Part shown: in pieces, positions 25,952 through 28,274 of the stretch
Numbering within the stretch: the stretch's first letter is position 1
How the letters are laid out: every line of letters starts with the position of its first letter
Made by a program: the position numbers and the translations under genes
IMG/VR virus record: IMGVR_UViG_3300036845_000088
Span: 1 to 28,274 of that record
Origin: a virus
Taxonomy: Duplodnaviria; Caudoviricetes
DNA: 28,274 bases
Strand: one strand, 5' to 3'
Notes under the pieces: generated by a model
What the model was told of the DNA's origin: nothing
Seen by the model: the letters and a program-made list of their open reading frames with translations, nothing else
Databases searched by the model: none

Positions 25952-26881
25952 CTACGTGCCCGGCCGCGCCCGCGCCAGCGCCCGCTGATACAGCTTCTCG
26001 GGGGTCACGCTGACGGAGGCGAAGCCGGGCAGGATCGGCCGGCATGTGCAGCGGCAGTTGATCGCCGTGCCCGGCCAGATGCGGGCCGATCCGCTGGCGC
26101 TGATCTCGCCGCCTGCCGAGTCGACGGCCGGGATGCCCTCCGCGACATCGTACACCGGGCCGCCCAAAAGCTTGCCGGCGGCGAACTGCACGTGGCTGTG
26201 GCGCGGCTCCTTGCCGGCCGAGGAGTGCATCCATAACGCCCTCGTGATGCCGCTCTCCTTTTGCCGCTCACGGCTGACGTAGGCGACCACCTTTGAATTC
26301 TGGTCGTGCGCAATTCGGATGGCGCGCTTGCGGGTGATATGGCCGCCCTCGACGATTTGCCCGGTTAGTCGATCAGCCATGGTTTTCAGATCACCACCAG
26401 CCTGAACGGCGCGCATCACATCGCCCGATACCTTCTCGTGGAACTGGCTTTGCAGCCCGGAGATCAGCCCGACATTTTCCTCGATCGCCGACGACATCGT
26501 GGCCGCGATCTCGGGGGATGTCCGGAATTCGACCTGCCATCCGGCCTCCTTGAGCACGGACTCGACGCGGCTGGTCGCGTGCTTTGTCGCGCCGTGGACG
26601 AACAGGCGGGACAGCTTGGCCGACATGTCGTCGAAGCGTTTCTGCCAGCGGCGGCCGAGGCCGCGCAGCGCCCGCGTGAGCGCGGCCATCGGTGAAACGT
26701 CTTCCGCCATCAGCGTCGCGGGCGGATCGCGCCGCAAATAGACGCCGAGCCAATATTCGTAACTCTTCTGCATCGCGTCGATCTCGCGCTCAAGGCGACG
26801 GCGATAATCGGCCGCGATCCCGGCATTCGCGTGGATCGGCGGGAGGATGCGTCCGGCGCCGGCTGGCAGCCGGTTCGACAT
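25952..26881 (-). CDS. MuF / SPP1 gp7-like minor head morphogenesis protein
   Basis: Start ATG 26881 (TGATG overlap). Contains ENVGLISGL...RAIRIAHDQNSK...WMHSSAGKEPRHSH...PGTAINCRC. No C-terminal toxin extension. Confidence 0.92.
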   Translation of the reverse strand: MSNRLPAGAGRILPPIHANAGIAADYRRRLEREIDAMQKSYEYWLGVYLRRDPPATLMAEDVSPMAALTRALRGLGRRWQKRFDDMSAKLSRLFVHGATKHATSRVESVLKEAGWQVEFRTSPEIAATMSSAIEENVGLISGLQSQFHEKVSGDVMRAVQAGGDLKTMADRLTGQIVEGGHITRKRAIRIAHDQNSKVVAYVSRERQKESGITRALWMHSSAGKEPRHSHVQFAAGKLLGGPVYDVAEGIPAVDSAGGEISASGSARIWPGTAINCRCTCRPILPGFASVSVTPEKLYQRALARARPGT

Positions 26882-27081
26882 CAGCCGCCCGACTTGTCTG
26901 ACTTGGCCTTGTTCGCCCGCCACTCTGCCTTGGCCGCCTCGATCGCCGCCTCGCCGGCTGCCGCGTCCTCGGGGCTGGCATAGTATTCGCCGGGATCAGT
27001 AAAGCGGCGCTCAGTCCAGTATTTCGCCTTTTGCTCTTCCGTCATCCCCGCCGTCGGGTCGTCATCATCCTGTGGCATCAT
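26881..27081 (-). CDS. Small acidic protein, candidate ART immunity/partner
   Basis: AGGAG RBS before ATGATG (27081/27078). About 66 aa; the stop overlaps the MuF start; directly downstream of the ART gene. Confidence 0.65.
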   Translation of the reverse strand: MMPQDDDDPTAGMTEEQKAKYWTERRFTDPGEYYASPEDAAAGEAAIEAAKAEWRANKAKSDKSGG

Positions 27082-27107
27082 TCTACTCCTATATTTACCC
27101 ATATAAT

Positions 27108-27127
27108 CATTTTAGCGCATTTTAGCG
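27108..27127. repeat. Perfect 10-bp tandem direct repeat CATTTTAGCG x2 in an AT-rich intergenic region
   Basis: 27108-27117 and 27118-27127 are identical. Confidence 0.85.
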
Positions 27128-27131
27128 ACCG

Positions 27132-28274
27132 TTATCTGATGATCGCCTTGACCAACGTTTTCTTGCCGTAGGGGGTCGGGTGATCCCGGATGATCTCGAA
27201 AACCTCCATCTCCTGGCCGTGCTTGAGCAGCACCTCGTTCTCGTGATGTCCGACCTCTCCGGCGACGCCCAGGACACGCGACCCCTTCTCGGCGGTGAAC
27301 TGAAACCATACGGACTTGGCCGCGAACGCGGGGTGGGGGGAGGCCGAGGCGGATGTGTAGCCTTTGCGGTGTGCCAGGATCGTGGGCGGGAAGCCCGCCT
27401 TGAGGCCCGCCTCCCATCCCGCGATCTCGCCCATCAGGTCGTGCTCCGGTGTCGGCGACTCGCCGCGCATGATCTGTATGGGCTCCTTGACGATCGCTTC
27501 GTCGCGGAAGAACAGATCGTCGATGTTATCGACATGCTGCATGGCGGCCGGATTGTGCTTGGCCGTCGCGGGATCGCGCAATATTCCGTTCATGCTGTGG
27601 TACGCGGAGCCGCCGTAGAATTCGATCGATTTCTTTGCCGCAGCGGAGACAGTGCCCCCCTCCCAGAACGACGGAGCCAGCGACGGCATCGCTTTCTCTG
27701 CGTCGGCGCCGTCACTGCTCTTCGGCTTGATCGATACCTTCTCCAGGCGCCGCGCATCCGTCATCCGCGCGCTAGGTGCGCCCGAGATGACATTGCCCTG
27801 CGGCTTGGGTGCCGCCGCCGGGGCCGCCGCCGGGGGCGGGGGAGCGGCGGGCTTAGCCGCCATCGCCTGCATCGCGCCCAGATCGCCCAGGTGTGCGAGC
27901 CATGCGTTGGCGTAGGCTTCTGTCGTGCCGCCGGGATTGGCGTTGGCCTTGATGCCCTGGATGGCGCCGATCTTGTCGGCCAGATTTGCCGTGCTCTCGC
28001 CGAAGGCCTGAATTTGGGACTGTTTGGTGGAGCCGGATTCCATCGGCGGATTGCCCGGCTTGGGGAACGACGGCGGAGGAGGGGCCGCAGCGGCGATGGC
28101 GGCAGCCTGTTCGGCCTGCGTCTTCGCGATCAGCGCCTGCTGGGCCGCATAGGCGTTCTGGGCGCCGGCATAAGCCTGTTGCTGGGCCGCTGTCGGCTGC
28201 GCCTGGACGAGCGCGGGCTTGCCCATCTTCGAGGTCATGCCCTCGGGATGGTACTGGTTGATGTGCTGGATCAG
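27132..28274 (-). CDS. Protein with C-terminal ADP-ribosyltransferase domain (VIP2/ExoS/Alt-like, R-S-E clade); 5' end outside window
   Basis: The frame is open to the window edge (LIQHINQYHPEGMTSKMG...). Motifs: YGGSAYHSMNGILR, IMRGE (R), GYTSAS (S-x-S), HENEVLL (ExE). Ala/Pro/Gln-rich linkers precede the domain. Confidence 0.85.
   Translation of the reverse strand: MIQHINQYHPEGMTSKMGKPALVQAQPTAAQQQAYAGAQNAYAAQQALIAKTQAEQAAAIAAAAPPPPSFPKPGNPPMESGSTKQSQIQAFGESTANLADKIGAIQGIKANANPGGTTEAYANAWLAHLGDLGAMQAMAAKPAAPPPPAAAPAAAPKPQGNVISGAPSARMTDARRLEKVSIKPKSSDGADAEKAMPSLAPSFWEGGTVSAAAKKSIEFYGGSAYHSMNGILRDPATAKHNPAAMQHVDNIDDLFFRDEAIVKEPIQIMRGESPTPEHDLMGEIAGWEAGLKAGFPPTILAHRKGYTSASASPHPAFAAKSVWFQFTAEKGSRVLGVAGEVGHHENEVLLKHGQEMEVFEIIRDHPTPYGKKTLVKAIIR

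Larger units (their letters stand above)
1..28274 (-). mobile_element. Myovirus-type phage/prophage structural module (head, neck, contractile tail, baseplate, fibres); both ends lie outside the window
   Basis: Continuous, largely translationally coupled minus-strand gene string in canonical head-neck-sheath-tube-TMP-baseplate-fibre order. No host genes, integrase, terminase or portal are seen. Confidence 0.97.

Noticed and set aside
1-28274. CRISPR array, tRNA/rRNA, IS elements, att sites
   Set aside because: No regularly spaced repeats, RNA gene signatures, transposase or integrase were recognised.

Overview
A GC-rich window occupied entirely by the virion morphogenesis region of a contractile-tailed (myovirus-type) phage or prophage, transcribed on the minus strand. 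The family set resembles Bcep781/AP22/PB1-type phages (DUF2213, DUF2184, DUF4054, DUF3383, DUF2612). From right to left: a 5'-truncated ADP-ribosyltransferase-domain gene, a small acidic gene, MuF/gp7 head protein, DUF2213 protease-scaffold, cement protein, major capsid, neck genes, sheath, tube, a tail chaperone with a -1 frameshift, tape measure with a lytic transglycosylase domain, baseplate genes, and four fibre genes (the last is truncated at the left edge). Two small plus-strand cassettes with their own promoter-like elements interrupt the operon. The most notable observations are: (1) an R-S-E clade ART plus candidate immunity gene coupled to a stand-alone MuF; (2) a short 'IGxSAIG'-like C-terminal tag shared by three unrelated structural proteins; (3) one beta-rich module inserted four times into three virion proteins; (4) paralogous fibres sharing an N-terminal module; (5) a probable CTG start codon; (6) a relocated baseplate wedge gene. 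Family assignments come from motif recognition and synteny only; no database search was run.
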